Assembly: GCF_018977255.1 (NCBI RefSeq)
Contig: NW_024704743.1
Coordinates: 16,370,001-16,434,000, forward strand
Length of the DNA stretch: 64,000 bases
Direction of reading: 5' to 3'
DNA from: Callorhinchus milii
Lineage: Eukaryota
The notes under the pieces were generated by a model. It saw nothing but the letters and a program-made list of their open reading frames with translations, had not been told where the DNA came from and did not search any database. Position 1 is the first letter of the stretch, and each line of letters starts with the position of its first letter. Made by a program: the position numbers and the translations under genes. Positions 13,664 to 27,595 of this stretch are shown piece by piece.

Positions 13664-14579
13664 TGAAGCAATAAAGCATTGAAAGTGAGCTGGATAATCT
13701 GAGCAGTGATAAACAGATGTGGTAACAAGTGGATAAATGGATGCGGTGAGCAACAACAGACAATGGGCTGAATAGTTCCATCCATGCTGGCTCAGTCTCT
13801 CACCATCAGAGCTGCTCCTCATATAGTACATTTGTGTTCAATTTAGCCAATTGCTCAGTCTATTTCCAAAACCCAGAACACCAGCTCAATGAGCACAATA
13901 GCAGCCCAATGCTAGACAGTAAATGGTCAGTTTGGGGTGGCCACTGTGAATTTTAACCGCAGCAATGGTATACTTGTTATATTTCAGAGAAAGGCATGCG
14001 CAGGGCACACAAGTGAAAGTTCCACAAAGCCAATATGTGGGACGTGCTTTTTGGGGAGTTGTGATAAGCAGAAAATATCAATGAAAAAAAAACCTTAAGA
14101 CCTGTTGAATAAACTGAGATGATTATTGGAACAGTTCCGATTAGGGTGGAAAGAGCTGTATTGCTTATATAGTTCACTGGGGGCCTCTAGTGGTACAGCT
14201 CACAATCTGCAGCACCACAGTGCAGTGCAACCCTAAACTTTGTGACAAGGATTCATTGGCCCACAAACAAATGTTCAAGCTGGTAGGACACTTGGATGGA
14301 AGAGAATCACTCAAAGTATTCCAGTAAAGCACTCAGCTGTCTGATAGTCCTACAGCACAGCTACCTGCACTAAGTGGAGTGTTACACAGATCAGCATTGT
14401 AAATTGTAAATAAATAAATTAAACTGAGTGTTTTACTGTAATGCACGATGCTCTGCTGTCTGTGTGCTCAAATGGACTTTTTCTGTTGACATACTTCAGG
14501 CCTTGACAGTACCAAAAGAACGAGTTTCACATCAATCTGCCTGGTACTATAATGACTAGCACTATAATGCCTTGCTTAT

Positions 14580-15030
14580 CCACAAATCTGCAGCTAGTGT
14601 CGTCTCCAGAGCTGTGCTCTGGGAGCCCACCACCCCATCCTCAACAGGCTCTACCAGCTTCCTATTCCTCAGCATATTGATTTCAAGATCCTCGCTTTGA
14701 TCTTCACACTCTTGCCCCACCCTACCTCAACTTCTACTCCCCCCAATCCACCTGCTGCACAAAGAGGTTGCTTGCTGCCCTACCCACCCACCCATTGGCA
14801 GGCTACCTTTCTGCACCTTGCACTCATTCTCTGGAACTCTTTCTCTAAGCTTCTTCTTCACGCACCTTCCCTTTCCGTTTATGAAACCCTTTGAACAACC
14901 TACTTGTTTTGACAGCACCTCTGATCAAATCCCCCTCCCAACCTCCCACCTGCCTCGGGTTTCTACTCCATCTCTAAAATATGCAAGCCATTGTCTTATG
15001 TGTAAGGCTCTATATGTGTACGTCATTATT
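14580..15030 (+). mobile_element. Decayed L2 3' fragment
   Basis: PILNRLYQLPIPQHIDFKILAL and AFLHLALILWNS-like remnants. Confidence 0.7.
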
Positions 15031-18000
15031 GCTGCACTGTAACGTTCAGTAATCTTAAACCAATTTAAACTGCTTATTAACCAGAATGATCACAGCAACA
15101 GTGGTGTGGAGACCAGAGGACAGATTGTCAAAACATTTCCCAATGAAGCCATGTGAGTGAGATTGATTTTAAAAGTAAGTAACGCTACAGCAATAAAAAC
15201 TACAATATAAAAAAATGGATTTAAAATCCATTTACTTTAACACAAAATGAACGATGGGAACAGACTGCATTAAGAACTGGGAGACGTTTAGAGAGAACGT
15301 GACAGGTTACGTCTAGCTCAAAGTGCTGCAGATAATTAAAACCTCATTCGCCCCACTTGCACTTCACTTCATTAGAAGTGGGTTTCCCATTTAGGCATTT
15401 TCAGAGCTCCGTCTTCTTGCGAAAATTTCAACATAAATTTGCAAAATCTGACTCACCCATTTAATTTCATACTTGATTGATATATCATGTCAGATAGTCA
15501 AAGTGGTCGTCCTGACAGCTATCAGAAAGTGTTTATTTCAAAAGCTTGCTTTGATCTTCTTTACATTACAACTCCTGCCCTGGCCACAATCAGAGCTTGG
15601 CTTTTCTGCTTATCCTGTCCCTGGTTCTTACAGTATATAAGCAGCACATCTAAATAGAACAGGACCCGTGGTTTCAAACACTTTCCCAGGCTGGTTTACT
15701 CCAGTGTGTATGTGAGTCCCTTGGTCTGCGAGCTACTTGGTATGTGAGCAGCAGATAGAAGTGAATGTTTCCACATTACTTCTCTATGACTGTTAAACAA
15801 ATGACAGCAGATTAACATCAGCTGCTACTTTGCCACAGCCTGAGTTTTGCCTGATAAGAGATCCATAATGTGGTCTTTGCAGTCAAAACAGAGGTGGGGG
15901 TGGGGGAGGAGAGTGCTTACCAGCCTACACCCCTTGTTAACACTGGCATAATAGTATGTGGTGTAAAAACCCTGTTCCATCCCCTGGTGTCGGTCACAAG
16001 GCTGAATTTAACACTGCCACTGACGAAGATGGGCTGAACCCCAGGGGAAAGCCTCCATGAGGGAACATTCCAGTCAGCTTTGGCAGAGACGTTGAAGTCT
16101 CTGGCTATCAGACCCTTTTCTTTCTGTACAAAAAGCAAGAGAATGAAATGAGTAGCTTTATTCTGCCCGACAAGGCAGGACTTCCTGACTGCAACACTGC
16201 AGTCTTCTGCTATTCTCTTTTGGTCGAGAGAGTGGTGGTGGTGAGAGAGAATATGGTATAAAGTGATAATAGAATACACGTGATGAGCCACTATATCAAA
16301 TGTGAGGATTATTATTATTAATATGGTCTTGTGCAGTTGGTGCGTATTTTGTCTCAACCAATAGCTAGGAAAACAAACAGACTTGAGTGTCAGAACACAG
16401 TCATCTGGTAATGCTCAGAACAGTGTTGCTGCAAAGAATTGGAACACTTTGTTTTGCTCCGGAATGAAATTTGTTTTGCACCAGTACTAGTGACAATAGT
16501 CAGAGATGAATTTTGTTCAGTCTCTCAGCTTGAAGAAACTCATAGGTTGTTATTAGAAAATCTCAGAAGGCAGGTCTACCTAACGTGTTTACAAGATGTT
16601 TGCACAAACGGATTATCACTGCACGCTTTGTTACTTTCTTCCCTGCCCTCTCCTCGTCTCCTCTCCTACAGGTGACCAAATTGTTCTGGACTTCAGCTCT
16701 ATAGGGACCAGCCACCCTCAGCGTTACTGCTGTGTGTCCATTCTCCATGGGTGAGCCCAGAGAATGAATGACGGCTACAATGGCCGAACCTGATCAAGTC
16801 CTTGCTAGATATCACTGGGTTACAATCAGGAGCAAGAATCCTGTCTGATTTTTTTCCCCACTTCCTAGCCCAAGGAAGTAGATGCCAATTATAGTGCTTG
16901 TCCAGTGTCCTGGCTGAGATCATCTACTTAAACACAGATGAGATTTGATCCCAGCACCTTCTGATCTGTATGTTATAGTGTTTACTGGGCAGTGCCTTTG
17001 TCCAAGTAGGCCATCAAGGGAGCACAAACTGCACTTCTCAAGCAGCCACTCACTACACAAACAGCTCATCACAGACCGGAGCTATAACTTGCTCATGATC
17101 CCACATTTGGTTGGAGTAAGGAAGATCTTCCAGTGTTGAAGTCACCCACCATCACACACCATGTGATGGACAAGTGTTAGGTTATGAGTCCAGTGCATGT
17201 ACACACCGTAACACGCAGCAGATTGACATCAGCCATTTGCAGCAATATAAAGTCCCTCCTTTCCCAGCACAGATCAAATCCACTTCCCCGAGGAAGAAGC
17301 ATTTACTTGAAACTAACATTGCGGTAAATCACTCTGTGCCATTCAATGTGGGCATTTGCAGCAAAACTACTATAAGTTTCCAACAAATGGGAATTCACAG
17401 CTATAGTATAAAGAGGGCTTAGAAGAGCTTGAATGACAAAAGCAAAGGAGAGCACAATCTGCTCAGAGCTTATGGTTGAGTCAACAACAGTAGACAAGTG
17501 AAACGCATAAAAACAGGGGGAAAAATGAATACAAGGCAGCTAAGGAATAAAATAAGAGTAAAATACAGTACCTGAGGTATTCTATTACTCTGGCCAGAAA
17601 TCCAATGGTTGATGTAAGAACTATAACTAAACAATTCAGTTGAATGGGATCTATCCTGGATATTGAGGAGAAATGCACTCAGCTGAATTACATCTGCTAC
17701 TATCTACGTCTATTCTTTCGATATTCATGCCTTTGGATATTCTGAAAAATTGATTAACCTCACAGCGTGACACTTTACCCAGCTCGCTCACTGTCACTTT
17801 GACATCTGAGAATAAGCTCTTCAACAGCCTCACTGTGTTTAGCTTCGGGAAAATCCAAACAGGTGTTGTTAAACTGGGACTTTGCAAATCTACCTGCATG
17901 AGTCTCCCCTGTCCTGGACCTAGCACACAGACTCACATGTTTAAGAAAACATGTCCAACAGTGGAGAAAAAGTGAAGACAGACTATCCTGGAGATTCTCT

Positions 18001-19108
18001 TCAATTTTCACTCACTTCTCTTGATGTATAGCTCTATGATGTATTATTAATCTCAAATCATATAGCAGCAGGGTTTTTAATCAAAGAAAACTCCAGTCTC
18101 TGACAGTGCTAAATAATCCAGGTTTACCCGCCTCTGACAAGAACACATCAAATGGAAACTCAAGAATTTTGACCACAAAAAAAGAAAGGGAAATATACTT
18201 CAGAAATACAAATTTGAAGTGTTTAGTTCTTTCTGCATGTAACATATATGAAATATATATGGTGCAAATGTCAACGGTATCAGGAGCATGTTTGACAAAA
18301 CAGCAACATTGCAAACTTGTTCCCTTTCTTGTCACAATGTGCAGCTAACTCACTAATACAGGGCATGGTGGCATCATCAGTGAAACACTTCTGTTGTTGT
18401 TGTTTAGGAAAGGATTTTTCTACATTCATTCACACAGTACTGAAAACCATCAGCACACTTTTGGCACACAGCAGTTAACCCCTTTGTTTCCGCCAAAACC
18501 AAAATTACTTGCAAAGGGACCCCCTTATGAAATATCGTGCAATAGACCCAACTGAGCCTCAAAACTGGGAAGATAAAGTTCAGAAGTTTTATACTGAAAA
18601 ACACCAAAGGCCATTCAGAAATCCCATTGCAGAGTCTCCAGGAGTCTTTGACAAACACTTTCCTATTTGACTCTCAATCATTTGGGGTGAGGACGCAAGT
18701 GGCGTCTTAGCACCCCACAAAAACATCACTGCAGCAAAAGTGATGCACTCGTGCTCTGGCCCACATCCCTCCTCAACAGAGAGAGAGAGAGAGAGAGAAA
18801 AGAGAGAGCTCTTTTAAGGAATACAATTATGAATCATGTAAGGTGCCTTGTCTGATGTACAAGCAGTTGGTGAGAGTTGGTGAAAAGTTACAATTAATTG
18901 TTATACAGCTCGGTTGTATTTGTGGTCATGTTAAAAAACAACACTCGTTTTGCTCTACATAGAAAATACTATACCGATGTACATAAGGATTTGTTCTGCT
19001 ATTTTTTCAGCAGCAAAGACGACATGGGAACAGAGAGAGAGAGAGAGAGAAAAACGGATCCTTTTCTCAGCAAGGGAGCATTCAAATCAAATACCGAAAC
19101 ACACTTAC

Positions 19109-19283
19109 CAAAGAGCTTGCTGGGAGAGTCTTCGCTGTCATTTGATTCCACAGGCACAAGCAGAGACTCATTTAGCTCATTGTCTGAAGTGGCCGCCTTG
19201 TCCTCACCTCTCGATTCTGCATTCATTTCAGCTCGGAGGGACAGCAGTGGTTTGCTGAGTTGTTGTCCAGAAATCATAGGATC
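19109..19283 (-). CDS. POU6F2: POU6F2 coding exon, DPMISGQQLSKPLLSLRAEMNAESRGEDKAATSDNELNESLLVPVESNDSEDSPSKLF(G)
   Basis: Acceptor ttttctctcccag|GAT, donor TTTG|gtaagt, 175 nt. Very close to recalled human DPMIAGQVSKPLLSVRSEMNAELRGEDKAATSDSELNEPLLAPVESNDSEDTPSKLFG. Confidence 0.95.
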
Positions 19284-22200
19284 CTGGGAGAGAAAACGAT
19301 GCAGGGTTAGCTTTGGTGTACACTCTCCCTTATCTGAGTTCCAGGCAGCTCCTGCTGCTATTGCTGGTTGCAGTCAAGTGAAGAGCTATTACAGATTCAA
19401 TGAGTTTTCCATTACTCCCACCCTATTAAAGGTCTACTAGCATGGGAGGGATTAGATTTGCTTTGTCAAAAAAAAACTCTTTGCAACAGAAGCTTAAGCA
19501 AGAAACAGCGCCACCTAAAATGTTCACTATTTCTATTTTTTTCTTTTAAAAAGTTCCCTAATGCATTTGAAAATGAGACTTTGTCATTAGCTACATCAAG
19601 AACCACTTATGTAAATCACTTTATCCAACACAGAACTTTCTCACACAGAAAAAGGCTTTCCTCTCTCTACAGAGAGCAATCTAAAGCACAGCCTTTAGAA
19701 GGAATCAACATTGCAGTCAATTAAATACAATCCATTGCTTTGAACAGAAACTGAAAAATACTTAGTATTTCATACTTAGTATTTCATATGGACAAATGAG
19801 TGTTACAAAGCATTTTACCATTTAAATCAATGTGAAACTATATATTCCTGACAATTTTACAGATGCTCCCTTTAAAATAATCGTAATAATAATGATAATA
19901 TCAATAAAAATATTAATAACAAGGACTCTCGAGGTATCTATTCCTGGATCAAATAGTTTTTTGAATGTCACAATCAGCGGACAAAGTGAGTCAGCTGTTT
20001 CACATTAAACTGTCTGAGAATTACCTTTTGATGATTAATGCTGTTCTTGTAAACTGACAAGTCCATCTTCACTGAGGAGAATTGGAAAGAACTAAACTCC
20101 CCGAGCTACCCTTCTGCTATTTATTGCAAAGTTTATGCCTAAATGGATGTATGTGGAGAACAGGTGACCGGCGTGCAGATAGGTTGGATAACATGTTCCC
20201 TGTGTCCACTCCTCACATTGGTCGATGGACCTGCGGGTTTTAATGTATTCATTTCTAGAAACGGTATTTGATATGACACATGATAATCTATGAAAATGTT
20301 AATCAATAAAAATAGTTTAAGCTGTCATCAAATGTACTCCTTTAGTCAATACTAATATCACTGCAAACAATGTCACTGCCATCAGGGCTTAATTTGCACA
20401 GCACTTAAATATCAGACTCAGTGCATCAATGCACTGGTCTTGCAAAAGGTAAACACATTTTCCTCAATTTAAGACTGATGCACTCAATGCACATTTAGCT
20501 GCACCAAATCCTCCCTTTTGAATACCTTGATAGGTCCACTGGAGGGCAAAATTAATACTTAATTGAATCTCACAGTCATCAAAATAATCAATACTTTTTT
20601 ATTATTTATTCTTTACAGTCTGTTGGCTGTTTGAAACCTCACGGGGTAGCTGGAAAGGATTCATGATTTTAACATGCTGTCATTAAACAATGCAATTTCC
20701 AGCAAGCATTAAGCTTATGGGAACGGGCAACTTGCAAGGCAACAAAAGAAATAGGGGGCTGAGCTGAGGCCACGCTGGAAACAAATTAATTTCTCACATG
20801 CAACACAAAAATGGAAAATAAAATGCAGCTCCACACATAGAGGAAGGCTGTTTGTGAAGCGTTTTATCATATCAAGAGCAGGGCTGAGCTTTCATAATGC
20901 TGACATTCCTCATTCTGACAATCCTAAACAAGTGGAAAGGATGAGATCTCAGCTATCATCTTTCATCACAATCTCTAGCTTTACAACCAATGTGACAGCT
21001 TGCCTTTTTTTTGCACTGTTAATCACTAACTAAAAATTACTACTTAGGTTGACATTACAGTTCTGCAAAATAGTTCCAGATCCAATTAGACTACGGTCTT
21101 TAATTCAACATCAGAGTTTGGGAAATGACACCTTGTGCTGCCTTGTGTACATCACTGCACAGAAAGGCTTGGAGGAATGTTATAGTATGTGCAGTGGCGC
21201 TCACTGCTCCAAAGCTGCTTTTCTACAACCAGAGATCATTAAATTAACCTTTAGTGCACCAAATCCCTTTGTTGCATGTCCACGCTGACTTCCTCACTGT
21301 CCAGTCATGTCACTTCTACCACAGAATAGTTAACAGTCTTCAGCGAGCTATACTGTACCAGCAAGCTCTACACAAGCAGAATACGGCTACAATCTTAGAC
21401 ACACTTTCTCTCTCGCTTTCACTCTCTTTGGCTCACTCTCCGAAGCTGCATTTGCACCCACTGTTTATTTTTGCCCTTTATTTTTCCCCGTGAGAAATTC
21501 ACTTTTAATATTTGATAACATGATATTTCGGAATAACATGACCACAGCCAATTGACGAAGGTACCATCCGCACAGTTGCCCTCTGAATAAAAGATAGAGG
21601 GAAGCAGAGCGTGTCAGCCATAGCCACAAAATCGAGCACGTCAGAAAACAACAATAAATGGAAGCTACCGACGCAGGCAGATTAAAACCAGATCAACTTG
21701 CACACAGAGGAGAAAATGCAAAATCCAGGAATCTAAGGAAACTCAGGCTTTGGCTGTGCCCACTGATCTCCCAGTCATCTTATGATGCATCAAACGTTCC
21801 ATGCGAACCTAACCTGACCCTGGCTTTAGGCACATTAGTGGTACGCCAGATACTTACAGTCCACGCCATGCTCTCGTCGGAGATGTGATAAAGTATTCTC
21901 GAACTACTCCTGCAGAGAACACCTCATGCAGTCGACATTTCCTTTCTGCACCCAGTGCCACCAAGCTCAATATTCTTTCTGCTGAGCTATTTGTCTATCT
22001 CTCGGTAACACAGCACAGTTCAAATGGCAATCCTCTGTCCAAGCCGGCTGAATCACTTCATTACCTAGGTAGCACGCCATTTTGAAGCTATAATATCCTC
22101 ACGCTGTCCTCTCACTGCAGTTCCTCTATTCATCCTTCCTTTGACCATCACTGCATTTACAAAGATAGCACCCATCCCAAAGTTACACATTAACACAAGC

Positions 22201-23044
22201 CTGATAAACCCACCCTGCAATGTAAGTTCCAGCACTTTGCTTGCATCTCACAACCACCCATTTCAATAAAAAGTTTTGAAAAAAACGCATCAATTTAGAC
22301 ATATAATTGGAAGTAAATAAATCCCTTTTGATGGACCTGTTATTCAGACAAAATCAACATTCACAACCAGACCACTTCTCACATAATGCACAGAAACAAA
22401 TTTATTTTTACCACCTTGCAAAATGTATAACAGCAATGAGACCATATTCTGTTGAATGCTATTACCAAGGGATTTCTTGTCAAAGTCAACTTCCAAGGTA
22501 GCCCCCTGGGAACTGGACTCTGCACAGTCTCGTGGAAGGTGTGAAAATCTGATTTTCCAAAATGGATCAGTAATTCTCTATGAAGGGGGGAAAAAAACAA
22601 GATCGATAAATCCTTGCTAAGTAGATTGCAGGAGAAAAAATATTCTTCAGTGACAGCGCATTAAGAAGTCCAAAACAATCTAAGTATGTTGAAGATACAC
22701 CAGCTCTCTACCAAGAGGTCTGGTGTATCAGAAGTTAGATGGCTTAGATGTCAATTAGAAAGCTTTAAAACAGTAAGTATCTAAATAATTTGCTTTAATC
22801 CTTGCATTTCATATAGCCCCTTATCACGTCTTCGATACGTGTCAAAGCGCTTCATAGAGTATACTGTAAAGTGGAGTAATTGTATATTTTTGTGGGTGAA
22901 ACTTTATACAGATTCATACAATGCAGAGAAATCTGTGATCTTCACTTTACAAGGAGGAGCTTTGTAGCGATGAACACCACAGCATTTTTATTTTGTCCTC
23001 TTTGCATTCACAGTGGTGTCATGGGATTTGCTTCACGGTAACTC

Positions 23045-24850
23045 GGAGACACAGAGAGACTCCGAGACACAGAGAAAGACACCGAGACACAAAAACACTG
23101 AGACACAAAGAGAGTCACTGAGACACAGAGATACACTCAGACACAGTGAGACACTGAGACACAGAGAGAAAATGAGACAGACAGAGACACTGAGGCACAG
23201 AGAGACACTGAGGCACAGAGAGACACTGAGGCACAGAGAGACTGCAAGACACAGAGAGAGACTGAGACACAGAGAGAGACTGAGACACAGAGAACGACAC
23301 TAAGACACAGAGAAAGAAACAGAGACACAGAGAACAACACCAAGATACAGAGAAGGACTGAGACACAGAGAGAGATACAGTGACACAAAGAGAGACATTA
23401 ATAATAATAATAATCCTTGCATTTGATATAGCGCTTTTCACGTCTTCTAGATAATAATAATAATAATAATAATCCTTGCATTTGATATAGCGCTTTTCAC
23501 GTCGGGAGGACGTCCCAAAGTGCTTCACAGAATATACTGTAAGGTGAATTGACTGTATATTTGTGGGCGAAACACGGCAGCCAATTGCGCACAGCAGTGT
23601 CCCACAAACAGTTGTGGATTGAGTGATCAAATTATTATTTTATTTATATTTTTTCTTGAGGAATTATTATCAGGCACGTGGAGTAAGGAAACGTGTCCAA
23701 GGTTTCACCCTGCCAGGAATCGAACCCAGGTCTCTCACTTGCAAAGTGCATTCTCTAACCGCTGAGCTACAGGATTCCATATTAAAAGCTACCGAGAGAT
23801 ACCAAGACACAACAACAACAACAACAAGATTACATTTGTAATAGCGCCTTTCACGTCAGGAGGACGTCCCAAGGCACTGGACAGAGTACAGCATTTCAGA
23901 CACGAGCTGGGGTTGGGGGGGGAAGGGAGGGACACAGAGAGACACTGAGACACAGGGACAGACACTGAGACACAGGGAGACATTGAGACACAGGGAGAGA
24001 CACTGACACACAGAGAAACACAAGGAGACACTGAGACACAGGGAGATATATTGAGCCACAGGGAGATACATTGAAGCACAGGGAGAGACATTGAGACACA
24101 GAGACACAATGAGAGACATTGAGACCCAGCGAGAGATACCGAGACACAAAAACAGATACTGGACACACAGGGAGATACTGAAACACAGAGAGACACTGAG
24201 GCACAGGGAGAGACACTGAGACACAGGAAGACATTGAGACACAGGGAGAGACACTGACACACAGAGAAACACTAAGACACAAGGAGACACTGAGACACAA
24301 GGAGAGACATTGAGCCACAGGGAGAGACATTGAGAAAGAGGGAGAGACATTGAGACACAGGGAGAGACATTGAACACAGAGACACAGGGAGAGACATTGA
24401 GACACAGGGAGAGACATTGAGACACAGCGAGAGATAGCGAGACACAGAGAGAGACTGAGACACAGACAGACACCAAAACACACAGAGAGACTGAGACACA
24501 GAGACACAGATAGAGACACTGGACACAGAGAGAGACACTGAGACACAGGGGGAGATATTGAGACACAGGGAGAGACACTGAGATACAGATAGAGACACCG
24601 AGACACAAAGAGAGAATCCGAGACACAGAGAGAGACTGATACACAGAGAGACTGCGCGACACAGTGAGAAACACTGAGACACAGGGAGAGACATTGAGAC
24701 CCAATAAGAAATACCAAGACACAGAGACAGATACTGAACACACAGAGAGACACTGAGACACAGGGAGAGACTCCAAGACACAAAGAGAGACACTGAGACA
24801 GGGAGAGAGGCTGCGAGACACAGGGAGAGACTCCGAGACACAGAGAGAAA
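23045..24850. repeat. ~18-bp gagacacag(g/a)gagagacact minisatellite, interrupted by SINE and L2 insertions at 23398-23930
   Basis: Same unit on both sides of the inserted elements. Confidence 0.9.
23398..23780 (-). mobile_element. SINE type A with duplicated 3' tail
   Basis: A-box TAGCTCAGCGG, B-box GGTTCGATTCC. Two successive (taa)n-tccttgcatttgatatagcgc tails. Confidence 0.85.
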
Positions 24851-26855
24851 CCGCCAACTGAAATCCGATGTGCATCACTCCTACCAGCGCTAACTCCCCC
24901 ATCGGAAGTAGATCTCGTGGGAGGAAATTCTTACGGGTTGATGTGAAACACTTGCGATTACTACCAGGAGAGTTGCTATCTAGAAATCCCAACTCGTGAA
25001 TACTGCAAGTTTCCTCTTTGCGGTCATATAGCGTTTTTTTTTAAAATCACCTCAAAACATCTTGCAGGGTATAACCCACCCAGCCACTGATAAATGTACC
25101 TGGATTGATAGCCTAGTTTTCCTACTGAGTTGTGTGGTGACAAAAGACAATTGTCGGCTGCAGCAGTTAAATATGTTCAACCAGCGAGGACACATGCTGA
25201 ATGCAGCCAGCCTGCCTGCCTGCCAGCCTGCCTGCCGAGAGAAAATCAAGCTCTTCGAATTTTTAAATGTTTTCAACACATCAGCATGAGGCATTGACCT
25301 GGCTGAAGTCACTTAGATCTAAAGTAAATGCACTGATTGTTTTCTCAGCAGGAATTTTTCCCCCTTTGAGCTACAGAGACAGCCTCACCAGCAAGTTCCA
25401 GCAATGGTGTCTTTTTTTAGCCCTTTTTTGGCCCTTACTGTAGCTGGTGACACGATCAATAGCCAGGTTATGAGACAGAGAAAGCTAAAGAGAGATTATG
25501 CTGATGAGGTGGGTGACAGAATTATCTCTCTGGATTTGTTCTTTGTATCACCTTCAATCTCTTGTGGCTCTGACAAGAATGAAGTCTAAACCGGAAACCA
25601 GCGGCTTCTGTTGCAATTAATATTTGACCAAGCAAATATTGATTCCGGGACCAAAAAGGAAAAAAAAAGGTCTGGTGCAAAGCCTGGCTTGTAACTTTTT
25701 TGTGCCAATATTTATGCATCTCTGTCGAAGGCAAGAATAATGTGCTCAGCAAAGAGTCGGGAAGGAGCTAGGTGGAAACAGAATATGGGGAGAAAAAATC
25801 ATTTCAGCACCCAAAGCTGTACACATATAATAATAACCCTTGAATTTGATATAGCGCTTTTCACGTCTTTGAAACTTCTCAAAACGCTTCACAAAATATA
25901 CTGTAAAGTGAATTGACTGAATATTTTGTGGGCAAAATGCAAAGGTTCCTCCTGATCTCAGAGAAAGTGGTTCTCTCACAAGGACCTCTCTACCCCTCTA
26001 CCCAGTCCAGCTCAGAATACGTCAAGCCGTGATTCAATTTTACAGTATTAATGATGTGCAGAAACATCTAGTCTTAAGCCAGATGCATATCTCACAGAAT
26101 TCAAAGAGAATAATGATATCATTATATTATATAATGATATATTAATAACAACAACAAATTACATTTGTACAGTGCCTCTCAAATCTGGAGGAGGTCCCAT
26201 ATTAATATAATATTAACAGTATCATTACCTCTCTTGATAATATTATGAAGGGAGTAATAATATTAATTCTTGCATTTACATAGCATTAGGAGGATGTCTC
26301 AAAGTAATTCAGAGGAACCTACTTTAAAGTGTAGTCAATGTGCATTAGGTAGTTTAACGCGGTAGCTAATTTGCACACAGCATTGCCCCATAAACAGCCA
26401 TGAAATAAATAACCAGTTTTATCTGAGGAAATTATGCTATTGCGGTTGTTGTCCTTATGCTTTAGCATTATTAATGAACTTTTTTTTGGTTATAAAGAGG
26501 AGAACTGCACCAGAGACGCCAGAGACTGAACGAACACATGCTTCCTCTTCTCCTGTTATCTTGCAGGTCAATCACCATTCAAACCCGAGCATGTACAGGT
26601 GGGAAGTCACCGGAGCACAGTAGCCCTAAGCTACTGAAATTCTAGCAAAGCTACTAAATTTTAACAGTGAGAAACTAGCTCAGTTTTGTGCTGTCAGCAA
26701 GGGGTGATGTTTCCTGTGACAGCAAACATCTGCTTTGATTGAAACGTGCTGAAATGGCCACTTTCTAGGCTGAGTTAGGGGCAGACAGACAATATTACAG
26801 GAATTGAACTCCAATTTCCACATGGTGGAAATTTCCACATGGTGGAAATACTTTC

Positions 26856-27595
26856 ACTTGCTCCCTGCAGCAAGATCCGTCCTGGATACAAACCGAACAT
26901 TGGTTATTCCTCTCCCCAATTTTCCCAGTTTAACCTTCGTCGCTCTGCTCCTGAAAGGCCAACAACTATCCCATTTGCAGCTTCCTCTTTCTCTCTCCAA
27001 ATTCCTGAAACGAGTCGTTGCTTCCCAGCTTTGCTTGTTCCTCTCCTGGCCATTCCTTATATGAACCCCTCCAATTGGGTTTCCATGACCTCCTAAAACC
27101 CTATCAAACTTTATCCTAAACCCCTGTTCGCCCACAAATATACAGTCAATTCACTTTACAGTATATTCTGTGAAGCGCTTTGAGAACGTCTAGAAGACGT
27201 GAAAAGCGCTATATCAAATACAGGGATTATTATTATATTATTTACATTATAACCTGTCCGCTCCCTCCGCTCAATGGGTACTAGCCTGCTCCACATCCCC
27301 CATCATGCTCGGCCCACCATCGGAGGTCGGGCCTTTAGCCTTTTTGCACCCACCCTATGGAACTCCATCCTGGAGCCTCTCCGCCTTGCCCCCTCCCTTG
27401 TCTTCTTCAAGGCTTGTCTCAAGACCTTCTTCTTCCACCATGCCTTTGGTCATCTTCCCACAACCACCCACCTTGCCCTCCACCTCTCTTGACCCCAGCT
27501 CGCAGCTCGGGTGCAAACCCTTGACTGTCCAGCACCTTGGGGCATCCTCCTGATACGAAAGGTACTATATAAATGCAATTTGTTGTTGTTGTTAT
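26856..27595 (+). mobile_element. L2 fragments (RT piece ~26960-27060 and 3' end 27250-27595) with a SINE tail between them
   Basis: LPLSLSKFLKRVVASQL resembles the L2 RT motif LPFLSKILEKVVAxQL. IGGRAFSLFAPTLWNS..FKACLKTFFF matches the L2 C-terminus. Confidence 0.8.

Noticed and set aside
1..19108. Next POU6F2 exon
   Set aside because: No match to the expected downstream peptide was seen; it probably lies left of the window.
23710..23780. tRNA gene-like sequence, also at the other SINE heads
   Set aside because: The A/B boxes continue into the SINE body and there is no intact acceptor stem.
23013..24992. Cys/Val/Ser/Leu-rich and His/Thr-rich ORFs, also at 37150-37750 and 40750-42600
   Set aside because: Microsatellite and minisatellite translations.
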